A stretch of 27,090 nt of DNA from assembly GCA_028691335.1 (NCBI GenBank), contig JAQUZK010000001.1, forward strand, positions 1 through 27,090, given 5' to 3'. A program made the translations under genes and the position numbers. A model generated the notes under the pieces. The model made no database searches, was not told where the DNA came from, and saw nothing but the letters and a program-made list of their open reading frames with translations. This document shows, piece by piece, positions 8,248-17,305 of this stretch. Position 1 is the stretch's first letter, and each line of letters begins with the position of its first letter. Source of the DNA: Candidatus Izemoplasmatales bacterium. Its GTDB lineage: Bacteria > Bacillota_I > Bacilli_A > Izemoplasmatales > Hujiaoplasmataceae.

Positions 8248-10167
8248 TTATCCGATAATTCCCCAAACTAATTCTACATAGCCAGGATTATCAATATAAG
8301 GATTTCTATTCTTTTGATACTTGTAGATTACTTCATTTCTATTTCTTTCAAAATCATCCACAGGATCGATTATATGCCATTGCATCAAAACATCTAAATC
8401 ACCTAAATTATCAATGTTAAGGGCTGGATACATCGTCGCCATGTAGAATAAAATTCTTGCGACATCTCCTTTTACATCATCATGTGGTTCATAAACTCCA
8501 CTACCGCTCATATAACCAAAAGGCAAGTTTCCTCTTCTGCTATTTTCAGCTACATCGGCTGGTTTTAAGTTATGCATATCTGCTTTTTGACCAGATGCTA
8601 AAAGTTTTGATTGTGGCCAAGTATGTTCTCTATTCCAATTTGGATAATTCCATTTTCCAGGTACTGATTCTCTAGTATAAACTAAAATCACATTATTAGG
8701 ATTACTTGGATCACGATCAGACTCTTCTAAAACCCATTTAGCATCATCATATGACAATTGTTTAAATCCATTATTAATGATTCTATTTAACTCATTGAAA
8801 AGTGCCATTCCGCTTAAACCTTCAGCGGAATCATAGTATGCTAAATCAGAAGTTTCATTTCCTAAAGCTTTGACAGTGATATCAATATCAACAACCATAG
8901 GAACTTCATCATTCAAACTTACTCTTACTTGGATATATCCAGATATATCCCCTGTCGCTTCTTCAGGTCTTGTAACAAGCAATTTAGAATTAAGGAAACT
9001 TACATAATCCTTTAAAGATTCACTTACAAAAACAACTTCATAAGTAGAACCATAAAAACCTGCTTCAAAATCATAATCACTATAAAGATTCTTAGATTCT
9101 GGTAAGTTCAAAACATCTTTTTCAAGCGCTTCAGAATCTTCAAGTTCAGCTATATCAATATGCGATTGATTTCCTTGAAAAGCATATCTTTCTACTTCAT
9201 CTCCAACTGCATAATATAACAAATCTACAGTTACGATTTCTCCTTGATAGGCTTTAATTGATTCGATAGATTTTTCTAAAGATTTATAGTAGATTTCCGC
9301 TACTTTTTGATTTCCTACATATAAATAAGCTGTATCATATGTACCTTCAATTCTTACTTCTCCAGTAATTCTATAAACTTTTCCTGGAACTAAATCAGTC
9401 ACGCCAAACTCATAGTTTATAACTTCTTGGTTGATTTCTTGTTCAAAAAGATTAGTTTCTAATATAACTGGATTCTTTATTTGTTTTACTTCTCTATAGG
9501 TAGTAAGTTCACCCTTTACTACAACTCTAGATCCTAACTCTACATCTGGAGCTGTTCTATCTGTAAAAATAAATAGATTAGCTGTATCATCTTGGATATA
9601 ATATCCGTTTTGTGTCATATAATAAACAACGCCGCTTACTTCGATTTCTTCACCATCATTCATTGTATGAACAACACTTAAATCTAAGTAATCATCATAA
9701 TAATCATTATTTACTTCTTGCCAATGAGCATACAAGGTAATGCTTTCATCAACAGGGGTATTCCCGAAAATAGGTTCATTATTTTCTGTAAACCATCCTA
9801 AAAATGTATATCCATCTTTAATCGGTATTACAAGGTCTAAATATTCACCTAAATATATTGATTGACTATCTACATTGCTTCCACCCATTGAATCAAAACT
9901 AATTGTAATAACTTTTAACTCTTCAGTAGTTGTCGTTTCTTGAGCAGTTGTTTCAGTAGTTATTGTACTTTCAATTGTAGTAACAGTACTATTTGTAGTG
10001 ACAGTTCCTGAAGTACTACTTCCGTCTAATGTAGTAGTAGTTGAAGAAACTTCACTGCTCGAAATATCAGTTGAAACAGGATTCGTTGTTTTCGTGGTCA
10101 ATTGATCACAGGCAATTAGCACCAACGAAAATGCTAAAATAATAAAGCTTGCAAGTAATTTTTTCAT
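8248..10167 (-). CDS. Surface lipoprotein nuclease: S/T linker, InlB B-repeat, OB-fold(s), endonuclease I (His-Me finger) domain
   Basis: Lipobox LIAC; S/T-rich tract; GYTFLGWF...ITLYAHW repeat; OB-like VSGVV...GYYIQD...GSRVVVKG; C-terminal NREHTWPQS, DMHNL, NSRRGNLPF, KGDVAR, RNPYIDNP. Confidence 0.88.
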   Translation of the reverse strand: MKKLLASFIILAFSLVLIACDQLTTKTTNPVSTDISSSEVSSTTTTLDGSSTSGTVTTNSTVTTIESTITTETTAQETTTTEELKVITISFDSMGGSNVDSQSIYLGEYLDLVIPIKDGYTFLGWFTENNEPIFGNTPVDESITLYAHWQEVNNDYYDDYLDLSVVHTMNDGEEIEVSGVVYYMTQNGYYIQDDTANLFIFTDRTAPDVELGSRVVVKGELTTYREVKQIKNPVILETNLFEQEINQEVINYEFGVTDLVPGKVYRITGEVRIEGTYDTAYLYVGNQKVAEIYYKSLEKSIESIKAYQGEIVTVDLLYYAVGDEVERYAFQGNQSHIDIAELEDSEALEKDVLNLPESKNLYSDYDFEAGFYGSTYEVVFVSESLKDYVSFLNSKLLVTRPEEATGDISGYIQVRVSLNDEVPMVVDIDITVKALGNETSDLAYYDSAEGLSGMALFNELNRIINNGFKQLSYDDAKWVLEESDRDPSNPNNVILVYTRESVPGKWNYPNWNREHTWPQSKLLASGQKADMHNLKPADVAENSRRGNLPFGYMSGSGVYEPHDDVKGDVARILFYMATMYPALNIDNLGDLDVLMQWHIIDPVDDFERNRNEVIYKYQKNRNPYIDNPGYVELVWGIIG

Positions 10168-10267
10168 TGTTCTCTCCTTTTTGTCATGTAGATTGATTTT
10201 ACCACATTTAAACGAGTTTTACTAGAATAAATTTTTAACGAATAATTTCTCTTTGAAATATATTTTT

Positions 10268-10305
10268 AAAAAAAATGTCCAACTTTAAGTTGAACAATTT
10301 TTTTT
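10268..10305 (-). terminator. Intrinsic terminator after tetR
   Basis: Minus strand TGTTCAAC-TTAAA-GTTGGACA hairpin (one G-U pair) followed by a T run. Confidence 0.75.
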
Positions 10306-10316
10306 ATGTATTTTTT

Positions 10317-10892
10317 TTATAAAGTCCGATAGATTTCATTATAGATTAGTTCTAATAGTTCGTCTCTTTTAATATCGATTTTATTATCAACATATTGGAA
10401 CATTAACCCGCTGATTATTGATTGAATTACATTAGAGCGGTATGGTCTGTCATCAATACTAATCTCACCATTAACAAGACCTAATTTGAAAATATCATTA
10501 AATCTATCTGTCATGTTTTTTTGTATTAGCTCAATTTTTTCAGAACAAGGATTGAACCTTAAAAACCCTAATTTTGTTGTAGTATTCATAATAACTTCCA
10601 TTATTATTTTTACATCTTCCATTACTTCTAGAATTTTAGAAAGTTGTTCAATCATCGCCTCTTTAAAAGTCTTGTTTTCTATCTTGGATATAAGAATAGT
10701 GTGATACTTATCTAGCAAATGAAAATAAGCTTCTTCAATTAACGCATCTTTATTTTCAAAATACTCATATACTGTCGATTTTCCGATATCTGCGATTTTT
10801 GCGATATCAGAAATCGACACTTGATTTAAACTAGGATCAATCTTAATAAAACCAATAGTCGCATCAAGAATTCTATCCCTCGTTGATTGCAT
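10317..10892 (-). CDS. TetR/AcrR family transcriptional regulator
   Basis: N-terminal HTH SISDIAKIADIGKSTVYEYFENKDAL; 191 aa; overlaps the RND 3' end by 20 nt. Confidence 0.92.
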   Translation of the reverse strand: MQSTRDRILDATIGFIKIDPSLNQVSISDIAKIADIGKSTVYEYFENKDALIEEAYFHLLDKYHTILISKIENKTFKEAMIEQLSKILEVMEDVKIIMEVIMNTTTKLGFLRFNPCSEKIELIQKNMTDRFNDIFKLGLVNGEISIDDRPYRSNVIQSIISGLMFQYVDNKIDIKRDELLELIYNEIYRTL

Positions 10893-13800
10893 TTACTTGA
10901 CCTTCTTCCTTAATCTTTTTACGGTTTAGCATTGCGTAAACTGTAGGAACTACCACCAAAGTAAGAATAGTCGCGTAAATAAGTCCTCCAATCGCTGTTA
11001 CAGCCATAGGTTGTAATAGCTCTGAACCTTCACCAAATCCAATCGCTGTCATTATTAAAGCTAAAATAGTTGTTAGTGCAGTCATTAAAATTGGCCTTAA
11101 TCTAGTTTTACCAGCTTCAACTATAGCATCTTTAATCTTATAGCCTTTTTCTCTTAACTTATTAATATAGTCAATCAATACAATACCATTATTAACGACT
11201 ATACCAATTAAAATAATAAAGCCCATTAATGAAACCATACTAAGATTCATATCTGCGATTAATAAAGCGATTAATCCTCCAGTAAAAGCTAACGGAATAG
11301 TCATAAGAATGATCAATGGATAAACCAGTGATTGGAACTGAATTGCCATAACCATATAAACTAATAGAATAGCCACTAAAGCTGCTAAAGCTAAGTCACC
11401 CATCGCATCAAGGATTTCTTCATTTTCTCCTTGTAGGTTAATGTCATATCCTAATCCATAATCTTTAAAATCATTATCCATATATTCTTCAACCGCTTGC
11501 GTTACTTCACTAGAAACTAAAGTTACATTATAATCTTTTTCAATCGCAGCTGTTACATTGATATATCTTTGATTTCCATCAGTGTTTATAGTCGCAAAAC
11601 CAGTTACTTTCTCTACAATTGTTACACTATCCTCAGTGTTTTCCAGATTATACAAAGGCGCTAATGCCAGTGATGAAAGTGTTGGCAAAGCCATGTTCAT
11701 TGGATCAAAAATAATCTCTTGATCATTGTTAATACGTAAGAATGGGTTAATGATAAATACTATAGGGTCGCCTACTTGATAAGTAGGTAAGACAGCGTTA
11801 TATAGATAAACGCTATTTCCTGATTCAATACTTACATCATTTTCTTCGATGTACTTATCAATCATAGCTTGAGTGGATTGATCAAACAACATTACACCAC
11901 TTAAAAATGTAAGATAATCCCCAAATACACTGAAATTAATATCACCTATTGTATCATTAGGAATTTCGATATCATAATCAACACCTTCAATTTCAACAGA
12001 AAGTGTTTCTGATGATGTAATGCTTTCTAAGTTCTTATATAAATAGTTTAAATTATTTAAAACATCTTGATTAGTTAAACCATATTCCATCGCAACGTTA
12101 TTATCAACAGTTATTTTAACCTGATCGGCTCCTTGATCGATACCGTTAGAAATATCTTCAACGTGCTCGATATTTTCAAGTATTTCTACTAAATCATTCC
12201 CTATTTTTTCTAAAGTTAATAAATCATAACCGCTAACTTTAATATTAACTCCAGATGTACCAGCTAATGACATAGTAGAATTTTGAGCTGAAACTTCATA
12301 ATCAATAATATCATTAGCTGATATATCGATTAGCTTAGAGTAATCAATGTTTTCCACAATATCTCTAATAATAACTTCATTTTCCAAAGTTGAATTTTTA
12401 CGATTATCTTTTAAATTTATTGTCAACGAAATATCTTCGCCGCTAGACATCATGCTCATCATTTGAAATCCTGAGGCATTAGCCCCAACACTGCCTGAGA
12501 CTGTTTCTACGTCTTCAATAGTCATAATTTCTTCTGTTAAATAATCTGCTAGTTCTGCTTTTCCTTGGAAGCTTGTTAATCCTTCAGTTTCGATACTTAT
12601 ACTAATTGTTCCTTCATCAGAACTTGGCAAAAGTACGAATCCTTTACTATAAACTAAAGCAAAAGTTCCAAATAACAATAAGAAAACAACTGCTAAAGTA
12701 ATAATTTTATGTTTAATAGTAAATAGTACGGATGTCTGATACCAAGATTTCATCTTAGCCATAATTTTTCCTTCTTTTTTGATGTGTTGATCATCTAAGA
12801 ATTTAGCACTCATTGAAGGAACTAAGGTTAATGATATAATCAAACTGGCACCTAAGGAATAAGCAATTGTTAAAGCCATCGAAATAAACACATCACTAAT
12901 CATACCCTCTACGAAAACTATCGGTAAAAATACCGCTACAGTTGTTAGGGTAGAAGCTGTGATAGCTCCCGCTACTTCTTTAGCACCTTCTATCGCTGCT
13001 TCTTTTTTAGTTTTACCTTCATTGATCATCCGATAAATATTTTCAATTACTACCACCGCATTATCTACAAGCATACCAATACCCAATGCTAACCCGCCCA
13101 TAGATACTAAGTTTAAAGAAACATCCGTAAAATACATCAACATAAAAGCAGCTATTACAGAGATAGGTATAGCCAAACCAACTATAATTGTTGGTTTAAT
13201 GTTTCTTAAGAAAACAAACAGAATTGCAATCGCTAATAAACCACCAATAATTATGTTCTGTAAAACTGTACTTATAGATTGATTAATGTATTCTCCTTGA
13301 TCAAGTAAAACTAAATATTCTGCATCTGGATAGTTTTCTAAGACACTATCTAACTTAGCATAAATCTTTTCCGTTGCATCCGTGATTCCTACATCACTTT
13401 GTTTTTGAAAAGAAATTTGAATTCCTTGACGACCATTAATCTTTGAATAACTTTCTTCAGCGGAATTGATATATTTAATTCCGTTTTCAATTGTAAGATC
13501 TTCTAAAGTAATTATGTTTCCTGCATCATTTAAAACTGGTAAATTCTTTATTTCTTCAATAGTTTCTGGTTCATCTCCTAGATAAACCATTCTTATTTCT
13601 CCGTTATCTAAAGCAACACCAATTAATCCTCCGACATTCTGTCGTTCGATTATTGATAATACTTCATTTTGAGTTAACCCGAAACTAGAAACAACTGATT
13701 CATCTAAATCTATTTGAAAAATAGTATCTGAAGCACCTGATATACTAACATCAGCTATACCTTCAATACTATTTAACTCATCAAGAATCTCAGTATTAAT

Positions 13801-14277
13801 CCATTCTGTGTTTTTAATAAGTATCTCTTCATCTGTTAGATCTTCATCATAAACATTTGATAAGGTAATTGTCATTACCGGTAACATGTCTGGAGAAATT
13901 CTAAGAATTCTTGTATTGCCAACACCTTCTGAAAAAGTGATATTATTTATGTTTTCTCTCATCTCAATTACTACTGTATCCATATTTGTTTGTTCAGCGA
14001 AAGTTATTATCGATACTGCAAAATTATCATAACTCATCGATTGTACTTCAGAAAAATTACCGATTGTCTGAACCGAAGCTTCAATTTTCTCTGTAACTTC
14101 TCTTTCGATTGTTTCCGGATTTTCACCAGCATAGGTAGTAATTGTAACTACGTATGGAAGATTAATATCCGGAAAAAGTGATAGCGGTAATTTAGTAACC
14201 GAGTAAATTCCCAGTACAATAACTATCAATATTCCCATCAAAACTGTAATTGGTCTTTTAACACTATATTTGCTCAT
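10873..14277 (-). CDS. RND efflux transporter permease (AcrB/SwrC-like)
   Basis: SVKRPITV, PLSLFPDINLP, GMLVDNAVVVIENI (TM4), GIVVNNGIVLID (TM10), RLRPILMT (TM11); two large extracytoplasmic loops. Confidence 0.93.
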   Translation of the reverse strand: MSKYSVKRPITVLMGILIVIVLGIYSVTKLPLSLFPDINLPYVVTITTYAGENPETIEREVTEKIEASVQTIGNFSEVQSMSYDNFAVSIITFAEQTNMDTVVIEMRENINNITFSEGVGNTRILRISPDMLPVMTITLSNVYDEDLTDEEILIKNTEWINTEILDELNSIEGIADVSISGASDTIFQIDLDESVVSSFGLTQNEVLSIIERQNVGGLIGVALDNGEIRMVYLGDEPETIEEIKNLPVLNDAGNIITLEDLTIENGIKYINSAEESYSKINGRQGIQISFQKQSDVGITDATEKIYAKLDSVLENYPDAEYLVLLDQGEYINQSISTVLQNIIIGGLLAIAILFVFLRNIKPTIIVGLAIPISVIAAFMLMYFTDVSLNLVSMGGLALGIGMLVDNAVVVIENIYRMINEGKTKKEAAIEGAKEVAGAITASTLTTVAVFLPIVFVEGMISDVFISMALTIAYSLGASLIISLTLVPSMSAKFLDDQHIKKEGKIMAKMKSWYQTSVLFTIKHKIITLAVVFLLLFGTFALVYSKGFVLLPSSDEGTISISIETEGLTSFQGKAELADYLTEEIMTIEDVETVSGSVGANASGFQMMSMMSSGEDISLTINLKDNRKNSTLENEVIIRDIVENIDYSKLIDISANDIIDYEVSAQNSTMSLAGTSGVNIKVSGYDLLTLEKIGNDLVEILENIEHVEDISNGIDQGADQVKITVDNNVAMEYGLTNQDVLNNLNYLYKNLESITSSETLSVEIEGVDYDIEIPNDTIGDINFSVFGDYLTFLSGVMLFDQSTQAMIDKYIEENDVSIESGNSVYLYNAVLPTYQVGDPIVFIINPFLRINNDQEIIFDPMNMALPTLSSLALAPLYNLENTEDSVTIVEKVTGFATINTDGNQRYINVTAAIEKDYNVTLVSSEVTQAVEEYMDNDFKDYGLGYDINLQGENEEILDAMGDLALAALVAILLVYMVMAIQFQSLVYPLIILMTIPLAFTGGLIALLIADMNLSMVSLMGFIILIGIVVNNGIVLIDYINKLREKGYKIKDAIVEAGKTRLRPILMTALTTILALIMTAIGFGEGSELLQPMAVTAIGGLIYATILTLVVVPTVYAMLNRKKIKEEGQVNAINEG

Positions 14278-14297
14278 ATTTTCACGCTCTCTTTCAT

Positions 14298-14315
14298 CGA
14301 CCGACCGGTCGGTCG
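14298..14315. promoter_or_regulatory. Perfect 18-bp palindrome CGACCGACCGGTCGGTCG, likely TetR operator
   Basis: Self-complementary; lies between the -10 box (14325-14330) and the RND start codon (14277). Confidence 0.75.
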
Positions 14316-14324
14316 GATGAAATA

Positions 14325-14353
14325 ATTATATCAAATCACCTAAACATTATCAA
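14325..14353 (-). promoter_or_regulatory. Promoter of the RND-tetR operon
   Basis: TTGATA (14348-14353), 17-bp spacer, TATAAT (14325-14330) with TGn extension. Confidence 0.75.
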
Positions 14354-14422
14354 CAAAAATAATGTGATATTTTAGTGAAATTATTTGAAAGCCTTATCAT
14401 TTAGTTTAATAAGAATAATCTG

Positions 14423-14451
14423 TTGACAAAACCATTCCCCACTGCTATAAT
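14423..14451 (+). promoter_or_regulatory. Consensus promoter of T-box-metNIQ
   Basis: TTGACA (14423-14428), 17-bp spacer, TATAAT (14446-14451) with TGn extension. Confidence 0.85.
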
Positions 14452-14459
14452 TTTGTTTA

Positions 14460-14754
14460 ATATCAAAGACTATGACCTAGAAGAGTAGTTGATGAAAAAC
14501 ATTTTAGAGAGCTTCTTATTGGTGAAAAAGAGGCATGTAATAATCAACGAACATGATCTAGATGAGTTGTTAATCTGAAAAACTTTGCTTTAGTAGGATT
14601 AATCGGGTATGCCCGTTAAAGCATTAGAGTATAGATTCCTATTTTGGTTGAGTACTTGAAGAGGTGAATAATGTGAATTATTCACGAAAAAAGGTGGTAC
14701 CACGAGTATAAATTCTTGTCCTTTACATATTAATTGTGTAAAGGACTTTTTTTT
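14460..14754 (+). ncRNA. T-box riboswitch, Met-specific (specifier AUG)
   Basis: Stem I CTAGA...TCTAG with AGTA, AGAGAG and GGTGAA motifs; specifier GAAC-ATG-A (14553-14555); T-box AAGGTGGTACCACG (14691-14704, UGGU bulge fits A73); terminator GTCCTTTAC...GTAAAGGAC-T run (14718-14754). Confidence 0.92.
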
Positions 14755-14777
14755 ACGTTTAAAAGGAGGAAAGAAAG

Positions 14778-15761
14778 ATGATTTCACTAAAGAATATCTC
14801 AAAAAAATACAAAAATAGCGGCGATGAAATCGCGCTAAAGAATGTTTCAATTGATTTTAAAAAGGGATTAATTCACGGCATTATAGGCATAAGTGGTGCT
14901 GGCAAAAGCACATTGATAAGGCTTATCAACACTCTTGAAACTTATGATGAAGGAAATTTAAGTGTTTTTGAATATACTGATTTAAAAAAGTTAAATAAGG
15001 AATCTACTCGAATGTTAAGAAAACGAATTGGTATGATTTTTCAAACTGATCATTTATTATCTAGAAAAACTGTTTTAGAAAATGTTCTCTTACCAATATC
15101 AATTCAAAGAAAACATACTTTAGAAGATATAAACTATGCAAAGGACTTGTTAAATGAGGTTGGTTTAAAAGATTATCATAACCGGTACCCATCTCAACTT
15201 TCAGGAGGGCAACGTCAAAGAGTAGGAATCGCTAGAGCATTAATTAATAGACCTGAATTATTAATATGCGATGAACCAACAAGTGCTTTAGATGTAATAA
15301 CAACCGCTCAAATTCTAACTCTTATCAAAACAATCTCTAAAGAACATCATATCGATGTTTTGATAGTAACACACGATATGCTTGTAATAAAAGAAATCTG
15401 CGATACTGTAACTGTTATGCAAAACGGAGAAATAGTAGAAAGCGGTATATTAGATGATATATTATTCAAAGCTAAACACCCTCAAACACAAGCGTTTGTA
15501 AGAGAAGTCGGACTTGATTTATCATATATTCGCAAGCTTTATAACTCTAAAGATTTATTACTTTTAAAGTTTGATGAGAGTTTAGTTCAAGAAAATATTA
15601 TTGCGGATATGATTAATATCTTAAACATCGATATCTCAATTATTTACGCAAACATTACACCTCATAGAAAAGGGATAATGGTCATTCAAGCTGAAGACAA
15701 ACAAAAAGAAATAATTGATTTTCTAAAAGACAAAAAGGTGGTGATAGATTATGTTGTTTAA
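14778..15761 (+). CDS. metN: Methionine ABC transporter ATP-binding protein
   Basis: GISGAGKS, YPSQLSGGQRQRVGIARAL, CDEPTSALD, C-terminal NIL-like region; Met T-box upstream. Confidence 0.92.
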   Translation: MISLKNISKKYKNSGDEIALKNVSIDFKKGLIHGIIGISGAGKSTLIRLINTLETYDEGNLSVFEYTDLKKLNKESTRMLRKRIGMIFQTDHLLSRKTVLENVLLPISIQRKHTLEDINYAKDLLNEVGLKDYHNRYPSQLSGGQRQRVGIARALINRPELLICDEPTSALDVITTAQILTLIKTISKEHHIDVLIVTHDMLVIKEICDTVTVMQNGEIVESGILDDILFKAKHPQTQAFVREVGLDLSYIRKLYNSKDLLLLKFDESLVQENIIADMINILNIDISIIYANITPHRKGIMVIQAEDKQKEIIDFLKDKKVVIDYVV

Positions 15762-16407
15762 TTTAGAGATAAGTGAATATCTAAAAGCTTTACTAGATAC
15801 TTTATATATGACAATATTAAGCACAGTATTCGTATTTATATTTGGGCTTATTCTTGGATCTATTCTCTACGTTACTGATAAAGATGGTTTATGGGAAAAT
15901 AAAACAATATATAAAACATTATCAATCATCACATCTAGTTTAAGAAGTATTCCATTTCTAATTCTCATAGTTTTGCTTATACCATTTACTAGAATTATTA
16001 TTGGAACTATTTTAGGTCCCACTGCTGCTTTACCAGCTCTAATAATAGGGGCTACCCCATTTTATGCAAGACTAGTAGAAAATTCACTTCATGAAATCGG
16101 AAAAACCTTACAAGAAACAGGACTTTCTTTTGGAGCGAAAAAATCAAAAGTTTTAACAAAAATAATTATTCCGGAGGCATTACCTTCACTATTAAGAGGT
16201 ATAACCGTAACTTCTATCGCCATAACTGGCTATACTTCTATCGCTGGAGCTATAGGCGCTGGTGGTCTAGGAAATCTCGCTTATTTATATGGTTATGCTA
16301 GAAATAAAATAGGTGTTACCATCATCGCAACATTACTAATAGTACTATTGATATTATTGATTCAACTAATCGGCGACATGGTCGTCAAAAAAATAACAAT
16401 AAAATAA
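15751..16407 (+). CDS. metI: Methionine ABC transporter permease
   Basis: LRSIPFLILIVLLIPFTR, PFYARLVENSL, GAIGAGGLGNLAY.YGY; 218 aa. Confidence 0.93.
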   Translation: MLFNLEISEYLKALLDTLYMTILSTVFVFIFGLILGSILYVTDKDGLWENKTIYKTLSIITSSLRSIPFLILIVLLIPFTRIIIGTILGPTAALPALIIGATPFYARLVENSLHEIGKTLQETGLSFGAKKSKVLTKIIIPEALPSLLRGITVTSIAITGYTSIAGAIGAGGLGNLAYLYGYARNKIGVTIIATLLIVLLILLIQLIGDMVVKKITIK

Positions 16408-16420
16408 AAAGGAGAAAAAA

Positions 16421-17230
16421 ATGAAAAAAATTATCACAATAATTGCATTATTAACTATAATTACCCTTACAGGTTGTCAAAATGAACAAGTATACAAAGT
16501 AGGTGCTTCACCCATTCCCCATAAAGAAATTCTTGAACATGTAAAACCAATACTAGAGGAACAAGGCTATGTGTTTGAAATTATCGAGTTTACAGACTAT
16601 GTCTTACCTAACTCAGCGCTTGCATCCGGAGAATTAATTGCGAACTTCTTCCAACATATTCCTTATCTTGAAGAACAAATCGATGAGTATGATTATGATT
16701 TCGTAAATGTCGGTGGTGTTCACATTGAACCAATAGGCCTTTATTCTAAAGAGTATTCTTCTATTTCCGAATTACCAGACACTTTAGAAATCATCATATC
16801 AAACTCTCCAACAGATAGGCCTAGACTTTTAGGGGTTTTAGCTGAAAATAATATCATTACAATCAATTCTGGTGTAAACATGGAAGATATTATTAATTCT
16901 ACAGTAAATAATCTTCCAAACCTTTTTACATCAGACTATACAATTACTTTTTTTGAAGTAGCCGCTGAATTATTATTCACAAACTACAATAACTCAGAAG
17001 GTGATGCAGTTCTTATTAACGGAAACTTCGCTTTAGACAATGGTTTGAACCCATTAACTGATAGTATTATTCTTGAAGGTAGTGAGTCTTCTTATGTGAA
17101 CATTCTTGTTAGTACTACTAACAATCAAGATAATGAGTTTGTTCAAGCATTAATAAAAGCTTTACAATCAAATGAAGTCCAACAATGGATAAAGTCTAAT
17201 TATGGGGGAGCCGTTGTCCCAGCTGCTTAA
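16421..17230 (+). CDS. metQ: Methionine ABC transporter substrate-binding lipoprotein (MetQ/NlpA)
   Basis: Lipobox LTGC; VGASPIPH.EIL, EFTDYVLPN.AL, ANFFQH.PYL, HIEPIGLYS, INGNFAL, YGGAVVPA. Confidence 0.93.
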   Translation: MKKIITIIALLTIITLTGCQNEQVYKVGASPIPHKEILEHVKPILEEQGYVFEIIEFTDYVLPNSALASGELIANFFQHIPYLEEQIDEYDYDFVNVGGVHIEPIGLYSKEYSSISELPDTLEIIISNSPTDRPRLLGVLAENNIITINSGVNMEDIINSTVNNLPNLFTSDYTITFFEVAAELLFTNYNNSEGDAVLINGNFALDNGLNPLTDSIILEGSESSYVNILVSTTNNQDNEFVQALIKALQSNEVQQWIKSNYGGAVVPAA

Positions 17231-17241
17231 AAAAGTTAATT

Positions 17242-17305
17242 AAAAAAAGATGCTAGAGTTTCACATAATACTTCTTATGTGTCTACTGGCATCTTTTCTT
17301 TTTTT
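17242..17305. terminator. Long bidirectional terminator hairpin between metQ and the AI-2E gene
   Basis: AAAAGATGCTAG...CTGGCATCTTTT outer stem with inner CACATAA/TTATGTG stem; A/T tracts on both sides. Confidence 0.75.

Noticed and set aside
9940-10090. Repetitive gtagta/gttgt-like DNA
   Set aside because: It encodes the S/T-rich linker of the nuclease; not a CRISPR array or satellite.
4943-14181. ORF-track ORFs 4943-5284, 6756-6983, 7268-7495, 7859-8050, 8457-8675, 10486-10704 and 13990-14181
   Set aside because: Each lies wholly antisense within a well-supported gene and has no recognisable features.
14599-14850. 83-aa minus-strand ORF
   Set aside because: Antisense to the Met T-box and the metN start; explained by the riboswitch sequence.
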